Of a stretch of 64,000 bases of DNA, positions 39,892 through 49,043 are shown in pieces; the first letter of the stretch is position 1, and every line of letters begins with the position of its first letter. The DNA is taken from the NCBI GenBank assembly GCA_024231215.1, contig JAAEQR010000195.1, forward strand, positions 78,755 to 142,754, given 5' to 3'. The notes under the pieces are model-generated. The model did not search any database. It was not told the DNA's origin and saw only the letters and a program-made list of their open reading frames with translations. A program made the translations under genes and the position numbers. Source of the DNA: PVC group bacterium. Lineage in GTDB: Bacteria > Omnitrophota > Gorgyraeia > B26-G9.

Positions 39892-40971
39892 ATGACAAGC
39901 AAATTAAAACCGCTTATGCTCGGCGGATTAGAAGTTAAAGTGCCAATTTTCCAAGGCGGAATGGGTGTCATGATATCCAGGGCACCTTTGGCTGCAGCTG
40001 TGGCAGATTATGGCGGAGCTGGTACTATTGCTAGTGTTGGTTTAGGATATGGTACAGATGAAAATGAAGCTAATTTTGTAAGGGCATCACGTGAAGGATT
40101 ACAAAAAGAGATTCGTAATGCTAAGGAATTGACAAAGGGCGTTGTTGGCGTTAATATACTGTTTGCGTTGAGCAACTATGAAGATTTGGCCAAAACTGCG
40201 GTTGAAGAAAAAACTGATTTTATTGTTTCCGGAGCTGGGCTTCCCTTGAAACTTCCGGAAGTTGCCGAAGGATCAGATGTAAAACTTATTCCCATTGTTT
40301 CCTCCCCGAGAGCGGCTGATATTATTATTAAAACCTGGAAAAAAAGATATAATCGCTTACCTGATGCGATTGTTGTCGAGGGGCCTTTGGCCGGAGGACA
40401 TTTAGGATTTAAATTTCAAGAATTAGAAGCGGTTAATGAATATAAACTTGAAGATATTTTTCAAGATGTTTTAAAAGTGGTTCAGGGATATATAGAACAG
40501 TATAAGACACCTATTCCGTTAATTGCTGCAGGAGGAATATTTACCGGTAAAGATATTGCGAAGTTTATTTCTATGGGGGCTTCTGGAGTTCAAGTAGCTA
40601 CTCGTTTTGTAGCTACGCATGAATGTACGGTGACCGAAGAGTTTAAGAAGTTATACTTAGCGGCAAAAGAAGAAGATGTCGGGATCATAAAGAGTCCGGT
40701 GGGAATGCCGGGCAGGGTTATTAAAACTAAATTTACCCAGCGCATATTAGAAGGAGAAAGAGATGCGATAAGATGTAATTATCGCTGTCTTAAAACATGC
40801 GATCCTAAAACAGTACCGTATTGCATAGCTAAAGCTTTATTTAATGCGGTAAGTGGTAATTTAGATAGTGCGGTTGTTTTTGCCGGAAGTAATGTTAGTA
40901 AAGTGGACAAGGTGGTGTCAGTAAAAGAACTGATGGATGAGCTTGTCCAGGAAACAGAGATGTCTTTATAA
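39892..40971 (+). CDS. nitronate monooxygenase / FabK-like FMN-dependent TIM-barrel oxidoreductase
   Basis: N-terminal VPIFQGGMGV and AGG..GFKF motifs of the NMO/FabK family. Confidence 0.75.
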   Translation: MTSKLKPLMLGGLEVKVPIFQGGMGVMISRAPLAAAVADYGGAGTIASVGLGYGTDENEANFVRASREGLQKEIRNAKELTKGVVGVNILFALSNYEDLAKTAVEEKTDFIVSGAGLPLKLPEVAEGSDVKLIPIVSSPRAADIIIKTWKKRYNRLPDAIVVEGPLAGGHLGFKFQELEAVNEYKLEDIFQDVLKVVQGYIEQYKTPIPLIAAGGIFTGKDIAKFISMGASGVQVATRFVATHECTVTEEFKKLYLAAKEEDVGIIKSPVGMPGRVIKTKFTQRILEGERDAIRCNYRCLKTCDPKTVPYCIAKALFNAVSGNLDSAVVFAGSNVSKVDKVVSVKELMDELVQETEMSL

Positions 40972-40991
40972 AAAAGACAGGGGTTGATAGG

Positions 40992-41363
40992 ATGGTTGAA
41001 AAAAGAAAGCATACGCGTTTAAATGCGACGATCGATGGGGAATTTCAGGTTAAAGATAGTGGAATTGCCGGGATGATGATGCTTTCTAATGTTAGCTGGG
41101 AAGGATTTAAAGCAACTTTAAATCAACCAGTGTCTCAAGGCAAGACTATTGAGTGTGAGATGCGTTTTCCGCAGAGTATTATGCCATTCTTCATAGCTGG
41201 TAAAGTAATCTGGATTAAAGAAAAAGGCACAGGTTATGATGCAGGCATCCAATTAGAAACAATTGATTCACTTGAACGTCAGAGACTGCTGGATCATGCA
41301 TTTGAAACTTCAACTTTAGAAAAAGTAGCTGTAAATATTCCGCAAGAAGAAATTCAACCCTAG
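40992..41363 (+). CDS. stand-alone PilZ-domain protein (c-di-GMP receptor candidate)
   Basis: RKHTR (RxxxR) and NVSWEG ([D/N]xSxxG) motifs are present. Confidence 0.65.
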   Translation: MVEKRKHTRLNATIDGEFQVKDSGIAGMMMLSNVSWEGFKATLNQPVSQGKTIECEMRFPQSIMPFFIAGKVIWIKEKGTGYDAGIQLETIDSLERQRLLDHAFETSTLEKVAVNIPQEEIQP

Positions 41364-41426
41364 CCCGCCTTTTTACTATATTAATTAAAATTAATATGTC
41401 TGTGTGAATTAAGGAAGTATTGCCGA

Positions 41427-41915
41427 ATGCAAATTATAAAGAAAAGAAGATCAATTCGCCGCTATTCTGATAAGCCTGTTTTAAAAGAAGATATACAAGC
41501 AATTATCGAAGCTGGAATATGGGCGCCATCAGGACTTAATAATCAGCCTTGGCGGTTTAAAATTGTTGCTAATAAAAAACAGAAAGACGGATTAGCGCAA
41601 TTTACTAAATACGGACATATAATTAAAAGCGCACCGATTTCTGTTTGCATTTTTTTGGATAAAAGTGTAATGTATAATCGTGATAAAGATATAATGGCTA
41701 TTGGTGCTTGCATCCAAAATATGCTTTTACAGGCTTATGAATTAAATATTGGAACTTGCTGGCTGGGGGAAATACTTAACCAGCGGGAAGCTGTGGAAAA
41801 ATATCTGGAACTAAACACTGATTATGAGCTTATGGCTGTAATTACATTTGGCTATAGCGATAAGATGGATGGGCAAGGAAGTCGTAAAAAAATAGAAAGT
41901 TTTATTATTAAGTAG
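41427..41915 (+). CDS. nitroreductase-family protein
   Basis: KKRRSIRRY N-terminal motif. 162 aa. Confidence 0.75.
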   Translation: MQIIKKRRSIRRYSDKPVLKEDIQAIIEAGIWAPSGLNNQPWRFKIVANKKQKDGLAQFTKYGHIIKSAPISVCIFLDKSVMYNRDKDIMAIGACIQNMLLQAYELNIGTCWLGEILNQREAVEKYLELNTDYELMAVITFGYSDKMDGQGSRKKIESFIIK

Positions 41916-41934
41916 GGGCGGGGTGCCCCCGCCC
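41916..41934. other. perfect 8-bp all-GC hairpin (GGGCGGGG-tgc-CCCCGCCC) with no U-tract
   Basis: Directly abuts the nitroreductase stop codon. It is a GC island in an AT-rich locus. Confidence 0.6.
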
Positions 41935-41967
41935 GGATAATATTACTATTGATTAGGAAAGTTAAAT

Positions 41968-44844
41968 ATGGGGCGTAAGAATTATAGTACGGTAATTCTG
42001 GCAACAATATTGTTTTTATTTTACGTTGTTCCTATCATATGTGCCCAGCCGGAAACATCTCTAAAAGAATTGTCTGCTGATATTCCCACCGAAGTATACC
42101 AAAAAATAAGAAACTTATATTCAAAAGATGCCAATGTGCGGGCTGAAGCAGCTTATAACCTTGGGCAAATGCAGGATGCGGCTGCGGCTGCAGTTCCATT
42201 ACTGGTGGAAATGTTGGGCGATACTACCGGCGTAAACTGGAAGTCTACACCCCAGGGGATTGTGTCCGGGGTTAATGTGGTTGGGAATGAAGCTACGCAG
42301 GCTTTGATTAAAATCGGAAGTGTTGCGGCTGTGCCGCTAATAGAGGTTATTCATAAAGGCAGAAAGATTGAAAAACGTAATGCAGTCCGAGCTTTAGGGC
42401 GGATCGGGGATCTTCAGACCGTAGAATTGCTTTCGGCGTTATTGAAAGAAGAGAAGGCTTTAGTGCGCAGATATGCGGTTGTAGCTATGGGAGAAGCTAA
42501 AAGCTTTTATGCTGTGCCGGCATTACTTTCTGCGCTAAGGAGCGATGATGATGTTACAGTCCGGCGTTATGCGGCGTTAGCTTTAGGTGGAATAAAAGAC
42601 AGTCGGTCTGGTTTTGGTTTGATCGAGGCGTTAAAAGACGATAGTGCTGTGGTCCGTACACAGGCAGCCTGGGCTTTGGGAGAGTTGAGAAATAAACAGG
42701 CGGCAAAGATGCTGCTTCCATTTTTAAATGATAAAGATCTGAATATGCGTATAGAAACAGTTCACGCTTTAGGTAAAATTGCGGATAAAATTGCGTTGCA
42801 GCCGTTGATGGGATTATTGAAAGACCAAAATAAAGTGATTCAGCAAGCTGCGGCAAAATCTTTAGAAATGATCAAGCATCCTCAGACTGTTGAAGTTTTA
42901 ATCAAGGCACTTAAGAGTGATGATTTAAAAATGCGCAGAGAGGCTGCTTGGATACTAGGTGGTGTAAATGATCAGAGAGCAATAAAACCATTACTGAGTG
43001 TATTTAATGATAAAGATTCTAGGGTAAGAAGCTATGCGGCACGGGCATTGGGCAAGATGAAAGCTAAGCAGGCAATAGATCCATTAATCAAACTTTTAAA
43101 GGATAATGATTCGTTAGTTAGTAATTATGCCTCCTGGGCTTTAAGCAAGATGAACCCAGCTGATACAATGACGCCGTTAAAAGCTTTGTTGAAAGATGCT
43201 CAGCCTTTAGTTCGTAAAATGGCAGCTATGGTTTTGGGGAATATTGGAAGTAAACAGGCGATGGCACCCTTGCTTTTGGCAATGGATGATCAGGCGTGGT
43301 TTGTGCGCTACTATGCAGCTTGGGCTTTGGGTAGAATAAAGGAGCCCGGAGCTGTTCCTAAGCTTATTCGGGCTCTTAAAGATGAAAATTTTACAGTAAG
43401 GCAATATGCGGCTTGGGCTTTGGGTAATATAGGAGATCCAAAAGCTTTGGAAGCTTTAGGTGCGGTGATGGATGATCAGTATTGGACGGTACGTTATAGT
43501 GCAGCCAGAGCATTAGGGGTATTAAAGGATGCGCGTGCTTTAAACGATTTGTTTAAAGTCTTAAAAGATGATCATTGGCTTGTGCGTTATCATTCTGTAA
43601 ATGCGTTGGGGCAAATAGGAGATAAAAAGGCATTGCCTTATTTGAGAGAGGTTTCTAAGGATAAGAATACTTCTGTGCGTTATCAAGTGGCGCGATCTTT
43701 GGGTTGGATTGGAAATCCGCGTGCCTTGAATACGCTTACCGGTCTTTTAAAAGATAGTAAAAGGTTGGTTCGTTATCATGCTGCCGAAGCATTAGGAGAT
43801 ATAGGAGATAAAAAAGCATTAAATTCTTTGTTGCAGGCTTCTAAAGATAGTCATCCTGCGGTGCGATATAAGGCGATATGGGCTTTAGGACAATTCAAAG
43901 ATATGCGTGCGGAAAAAGCGGTCATTAATGCTTTGAAGGATAAGCATTGGGCAGTACGTTATCACGCGGCAAAAGTTTTAAGTGACTCAAACAGTGCGTT
44001 TGCGGCAAAGGGATTGATTATTGCCTTAAAAGATAAAGATGCCTCAGTTAGAGAAACCGCTGCTTTGGCTTTGGTTACGGTTAAAAGCGATGAGACATCC
44101 ACGTTTTTGGCTGATGCCTTAGAAGACAAAGATCCATTGGTGAGAAGATATATTGGGGAGATAATAGATGAAAGAAAGGGGCCGCCGATATCTAAGCCTT
44201 CTGATATTAATGCTGATATACAGATAAGTATAGATAATTCTATGGAGGATGTTATTGAGGAAATTCAGGGGAAAGAATCATTTGGATCATTGATTATTGC
44301 TTTAAAAGATGAAAATTCTTCTGTGCGTAGACACGCTGCATCGGAATTGGCCCAATTAAAGGATAACCGATCAATAAAACCACTGATTGAGGCATTAAAA
44401 GACACTGATCCCGGAGTACGCTATCAGGTTGCCTTGGCTTTAGGAGAGATAAAGTCGCTGGAGTCTGTGCCGGGGCTGATTATTGCTTTGAAAGATAAAG
44501 ATACGTCTGTGCGTTACCAAGCTGCCTTGGCCTTATCCGAACTAAAGGATCCTCGTTCTGCGTTACCCTTAACCAAAGCGCTTAAAGATAACCATTGGTC
44601 TGTACGTTATCAGGCGGCCTTAGCTTTAGGAGAGATTAAAGATATTGCTTCTATTGACGGCCTGATTGATGTTTTATCTGACGACGATACGTTTGTAAGG
44701 GAGAATGCTGCTTCTGCTCTGGAGACTATAGTCGGTATAACCTTTCATCAGGATCAGGCTAAGTGGCGTGCCTGGTGGGAAGAATATAAAGAGAATATGC
44801 CTGAGAAAGAGAAACAAGCTTTAAACCCGTCCTCTGAAAACTAG
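41968..44844 (+). CDS. large exported HEAT-repeat (PBS-lyase-like) protein with more than 25 repeats
   Basis: 958 aa with a signal peptide. Reiterated ...VRxxAAxALGxIGD... units. Confidence 0.8.
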   Translation: MGRKNYSTVILATILFLFYVVPIICAQPETSLKELSADIPTEVYQKIRNLYSKDANVRAEAAYNLGQMQDAAAAAVPLLVEMLGDTTGVNWKSTPQGIVSGVNVVGNEATQALIKIGSVAAVPLIEVIHKGRKIEKRNAVRALGRIGDLQTVELLSALLKEEKALVRRYAVVAMGEAKSFYAVPALLSALRSDDDVTVRRYAALALGGIKDSRSGFGLIEALKDDSAVVRTQAAWALGELRNKQAAKMLLPFLNDKDLNMRIETVHALGKIADKIALQPLMGLLKDQNKVIQQAAAKSLEMIKHPQTVEVLIKALKSDDLKMRREAAWILGGVNDQRAIKPLLSVFNDKDSRVRSYAARALGKMKAKQAIDPLIKLLKDNDSLVSNYASWALSKMNPADTMTPLKALLKDAQPLVRKMAAMVLGNIGSKQAMAPLLLAMDDQAWFVRYYAAWALGRIKEPGAVPKLIRALKDENFTVRQYAAWALGNIGDPKALEALGAVMDDQYWTVRYSAARALGVLKDARALNDLFKVLKDDHWLVRYHSVNALGQIGDKKALPYLREVSKDKNTSVRYQVARSLGWIGNPRALNTLTGLLKDSKRLVRYHAAEALGDIGDKKALNSLLQASKDSHPAVRYKAIWALGQFKDMRAEKAVINALKDKHWAVRYHAAKVLSDSNSAFAAKGLIIALKDKDASVRETAALALVTVKSDETSTFLADALEDKDPLVRRYIGEIIDERKGPPISKPSDINADIQISIDNSMEDVIEEIQGKESFGSLIIALKDENSSVRRHAASELAQLKDNRSIKPLIEALKDTDPGVRYQVALALGEIKSLESVPGLIIALKDKDTSVRYQAALALSELKDPRSALPLTKALKDNHWSVRYQAALALGEIKDIASIDGLIDVLSDDDTFVRENAASALETIVGITFHQDQAKWRAWWEEYKENMPEKEKQALNPSSEN

Positions 44845-44966
44845 TCTGAATATTTCCCTAGATTCGATTTGTTTATTATTGCTTTTTATTGTATAATAAT
44901 AGACTATACCATGTAATATCCGTGGGTTATAGGTGTTGATTGGGAATATCTATCAGAAGGGATTGT

Positions 44967-46574
44967 ATGCCTAAATATTCGTTTGACGCAGTAATTTTCG
45001 ATATGGACGGGGTTATAACCAAAACAGCACTGGTACATGCTCAGGCTTGGAAGCTGGTGTTTGATGAGTATTTGCGTTTGCGGGAAGAACGGGATAATGA
45101 GCCTTTCCGGGAATTTACGCATGAGGTTGATTATCTTAATTATGTAGATGGAAAGCCCAGGCTTGAAGGGATACAGAGTTTTTTAGAATCCCGGGGCATT
45201 AATCTTCCGATAGGAACTCCCGAAGATGCAGCAGATGCTGAGACAGTATACGCTATCGGCAATAAAAAAAATACAAAGTTTAGAGATGTTTTAAATACTG
45301 ATGGAGTAGAAGTTTATCCTTCCACTAAAGCGTTGATCGAAGTTTTGAAAAAAGATGGTATTAAGATTGGAGTTGTTTCTTCTTCTAAAAACTGCGAATT
45401 TGTCTTAGAAGCAGCTGATATGCTTAAATATTTTGATACCAGAGTCGATGGAATGATAGCTGTGGAGCAGAATATTGTGGGTAAGCCCGAAGGCGATATG
45501 TTTATTAAGGCGGCATTAAATTTAGGCACAACTGCGGACAAAAGTGTAGTTGTTGAAGATGCTATATCCGGGGTACAATCAGGACGTAACGGGGGTTTTG
45601 GCCTGGTTATTGGTGTGGCCAGAAGTGATAATGTAGAGGAATTAAATAAAAACGGGGCTGATGTCACGGTTACGGATTTAGAGTATATAAGTGTCGACTG
45701 GATGGAAAAATGGTTTTCCAAAACTTTACCTGCGTTATTTGATGCTTGGGATAATAAAGATAAGATGGTTCAGGGATATGCCGATGTACAAATTGATAAC
45801 ATCGTGATTAACCCGAGTTATTTACGTGATCCGAAAGAGGTTTTATTAGCAGGTAAAAAGCCGGTATTTTTCCTGGATTACGATGGAACTTTGACTCCGA
45901 TTGTAGAACGTCCGGAGCTTGCGGTGATCTCACAAGCGATGAAAGATACTGTGACCCAGCTATCTAAAAAACATACGACTGCAGTTGTCAGTGGTAGGAT
46001 GCGGGAAGATGTAGAGAATTTGGTGGGTATTGAAGGTTTGTTTTATGCCGGTAGTCATGGATTTGATATTTTAGGCGGAGGGGTCTCTATGGTTCAGCCC
46101 GAGGCGCAAGAGACAATACCTTTAGTTACGCAAATAATTGAAAGATTGAAAAAAGAGGTTGGAACAATCGAAGGGGTTATTATTGAAGAGAAGAAATTCA
46201 GCATGGCAGTACATTATCGTTTAGTTGCGGATGAGCATTTAGAGCTGATTGAAGCAGCTGTGCTTGCAGTTGTCGAGGCACATCCTCAGTTACGGTTAAT
46301 GCGCGGTAAAAAAGTATATGAAATACTTCCGGCTATTGATTGGAATAAGGGGAAAGCTGTACGCTGGATTATGAAGGCTATGAATATTTCCTGGGAGGAC
46401 TCAACGGTTGTTTATATCGGAGATGATACTACAGATGAATATGCGTTTCGTGTTGTACGAGGTCGGGGCGTAGGTATTCTGGTTGCAGATGGCCCAAGGC
46501 CTTCGGCGGCTCATTTTCAGTTATCCTCACCGGACCAGACAAGAAAGTTATTTGAAATGCTGATTAAAGAATAA
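44967..46574 (+). CDS. fusion of a beta-phosphoglucomutase-like HAD domain and a trehalose-6-phosphate phosphatase-like (OtsB) domain
   Basis: N-terminal FDAVIFDMDGVITKT motif (beta-PGM class). C-terminal VFFLDYDGTLTPIVERPE ... SGR motif (T6PP class). Start taken at the ATG after RBS GAAGGGA. Confidence 0.75.
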   Translation: MPKYSFDAVIFDMDGVITKTALVHAQAWKLVFDEYLRLREERDNEPFREFTHEVDYLNYVDGKPRLEGIQSFLESRGINLPIGTPEDAADAETVYAIGNKKNTKFRDVLNTDGVEVYPSTKALIEVLKKDGIKIGVVSSSKNCEFVLEAADMLKYFDTRVDGMIAVEQNIVGKPEGDMFIKAALNLGTTADKSVVVEDAISGVQSGRNGGFGLVIGVARSDNVEELNKNGADVTVTDLEYISVDWMEKWFSKTLPALFDAWDNKDKMVQGYADVQIDNIVINPSYLRDPKEVLLAGKKPVFFLDYDGTLTPIVERPELAVISQAMKDTVTQLSKKHTTAVVSGRMREDVENLVGIEGLFYAGSHGFDILGGGVSMVQPEAQETIPLVTQIIERLKKEVGTIEGVIIEEKKFSMAVHYRLVADEHLELIEAAVLAVVEAHPQLRLMRGKKVYEILPAIDWNKGKAVRWIMKAMNISWEDSTVVYIGDDTTDEYAFRVVRGRGVGILVADGPRPSAAHFQLSSPDQTRKLFEMLIKE

Positions 46575-46584
46575 AGGATGTTTT

Positions 46585-49005
46585 ATGAAAAAAGATTTGT
46601 TATGGAAACTTGTTTATAATCGGTTTTATCCGGACGAAGAGGGATTAAGAGAGTCGCTCTGTACGCTTGGAAACGGTTATATGGGCAGCCGGGGAGTGGC
46701 ACCAGAAGTGATTGCTTCTGAAATTCATTATCCGGCTACATACATTGCCGGAATTTATAACCGGACACCGACAGAAATTGCCGGCAGAACAATTTATAAT
46801 GAAGACTTGGTGAATTGTCCGAACTGGACACACCTGGTATTCCGGATTGGAAACGGGAAATGGTTTCGTCCTTTTTCGGCAAAGTTACTTTCGTATCGCC
46901 AGGAACTTGATATGCATAAAGGAATTTTGAGTAGGACTATCCGGTTTCAGACTACGCGTGGACAGAAAACAAAAGTCGAAGAAACAAGGCTTGTGCATAT
47001 GGCTAATCCGCATTTAGCGGCGATCAGGTATATAATTACTCCGGAAAACTATAACGATGTGATTACGGTCAGAACAATGCTGGAAGGATCTGTGCTTAAT
47101 CTAAACGTAGAGCGTTATCGTGAATTAAACACACATCATTTAAAAGCGCATAATGTAGGAAGATTTTCCAAGAACGGTATTTATCTGTCGGCTAAGACCA
47201 GCCAGTCCAATATAGAAATTTGTATGGCGGAAAAAGTAAGGGTTTATATAGCTGATAAAGAGAAGAGACCTGCAGTTGAGGTTTTGCGCAGACATCGAAA
47301 TCAGAATATCGGTCAGGAGATAAGAATTGGTATTAGAAAAGGACAACCTTTGCGTATCGAAAAGATCGTTGGTATTTATACGTCCCGGGATGAAGGATGT
47401 CAGAGTGCGAAGAATGCGGCGATAAAAGTTGCAAAGAGTGCTTCGCAGTTTAAGACTTTATTTGATTCTCATCAAAAAGCATGGGCAAGGCTTTGGGAAA
47501 AATTTGATATAAAGATTGAAGGGCATAAATTTTCACAGAGGGCAATAAGATTGCATATGTTTCATTTGCTTCAGACGGCTTCTGCACATAATGTAAAGAT
47601 AGATGCTGGTTTTCCGGCGCGTGGTTTGCATGGAGAGGCGTATCGCGGACATATATTCTGGGATGAAGTTTTTGCCATGAAATTTTTCTCTTTTAACAGC
47701 TCGGAAGTTGCTGAAGCATTGCTTAGGTATCGCTATCGCCGTTTACAAAAAGCGCGCGATTATGCTAAAGCAAATGGTTATAAAGGTGCGATGTTTCCCT
47801 GGCAAAGCGGATCATCCGGCAGAGAAGAAACACAGGAAGTACATCTTAATCCGATGTCCGGGAAATGGGGTCCGGATTACAGTCGGTTACAAAGGCATGT
47901 ATCATTTTCAATTGTTTATAATGTTTGGCGGCACTGGAGAATTACCGGTGATTTAGATTTTATGGTGCGTTTTGGCGCGGAACTACTTTTATCGATTGCC
48001 CAGTTTGGAGCCAGCCTGGTTCATTTTGACGAAAAGGACGGACGTTATCATACGGAAAAAGTTATGGGGCCTGATGAGTTTCACGAAAAACTGCCGCATA
48101 GCAAACAGCCGGGATTAAAAGATAATGCTTATACCAATGTTATGATTGTGTGGATGTTGTTAAAGGCAGAAGAAGTGCTGGCTATTCTTCCGGATAAAGA
48201 TAAGCAGAAATTGATGAAGAAGTTGAAACTTACTTCTGATGAAACTTCGCGTTGGGAAGATATTACCCGGAAGATGAAAATTATTATGGATGACCGGGGA
48301 ATTATCAGCCAGTTTGACGGATATTTTAAGTTGAAAGAGTTGGACTGGTCTAAATATCGTAAGAAATACAGTGATATTCATCGCTTGGATCGGATATTGA
48401 AAGCTGAAGGCAGAACTCCGGATGCTTACAAAGTATCGAAGCAGGCGGATGTACTGATGATTTTTTATTTATTACGGTTAGGGGAGGTTCAGAGGATATT
48501 TAAACGATTAGGTTATAATTGTGATAAAACACTCTTAAGAAAGAATTACGATTATTATATTAAACGGACTTCGCATGGTTCAACTTTAAGTAAAGTAGTG
48601 CATTGTTTTATTGCGCAATGCCTTGATCGTGAAAAAGAAGTTTGGCGTTGGTTTTTAGAGGTTTTGGAATCGGATATCCAGGATACCCAGGGTGGAACTA
48701 CGCCGGAAGGGATACATACAGGGGTTATGGGCGGTTCCATAGACGCGGTTATTCGCGGCTTTGCCGGTATCCAGATCCTGGATGACCGAATTAAAATTAC
48801 TCCGTGGTTTCCGAAAAATTTGCGAAGAATAAAGTTTAAATTGTGTTATCGTAAACGCTGGATTGATTTTGAAATCACCAAAAAGGAAATAAAGATTCAT
48901 ATTATGGGCAGACGTAAAGTTGTGAATATGCTGCCGATGGAGATAAATTCAAAACTACAGCTTCTTCCTGAGGGCCGGCCGGTTAAGTTTTCTATAAATA
49001 ACTAA
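46585..49005 (+). CDS. GH65-family glycoside phosphorylase (trehalose, kojibiose or Tre6P phosphorylase class)
   Basis: 806 aa. N-terminal LCTLGNGYMGSRG. Catalytic region GLHGEAYRGHIFWDE. Confidence 0.8.
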   Translation: MKKDLLWKLVYNRFYPDEEGLRESLCTLGNGYMGSRGVAPEVIASEIHYPATYIAGIYNRTPTEIAGRTIYNEDLVNCPNWTHLVFRIGNGKWFRPFSAKLLSYRQELDMHKGILSRTIRFQTTRGQKTKVEETRLVHMANPHLAAIRYIITPENYNDVITVRTMLEGSVLNLNVERYRELNTHHLKAHNVGRFSKNGIYLSAKTSQSNIEICMAEKVRVYIADKEKRPAVEVLRRHRNQNIGQEIRIGIRKGQPLRIEKIVGIYTSRDEGCQSAKNAAIKVAKSASQFKTLFDSHQKAWARLWEKFDIKIEGHKFSQRAIRLHMFHLLQTASAHNVKIDAGFPARGLHGEAYRGHIFWDEVFAMKFFSFNSSEVAEALLRYRYRRLQKARDYAKANGYKGAMFPWQSGSSGREETQEVHLNPMSGKWGPDYSRLQRHVSFSIVYNVWRHWRITGDLDFMVRFGAELLLSIAQFGASLVHFDEKDGRYHTEKVMGPDEFHEKLPHSKQPGLKDNAYTNVMIVWMLLKAEEVLAILPDKDKQKLMKKLKLTSDETSRWEDITRKMKIIMDDRGIISQFDGYFKLKELDWSKYRKKYSDIHRLDRILKAEGRTPDAYKVSKQADVLMIFYLLRLGEVQRIFKRLGYNCDKTLLRKNYDYYIKRTSHGSTLSKVVHCFIAQCLDREKEVWRWFLEVLESDIQDTQGGTTPEGIHTGVMGGSIDAVIRGFAGIQILDDRIKITPWFPKNLRRIKFKLCYRKRWIDFEITKKEIKIHIMGRRKVVNMLPMEINSKLQLLPEGRPVKFSINN

Positions 49006-49043
49006 AAAGAAAACGCAACAAAAGATGTTTAGGGGCAAATAGA

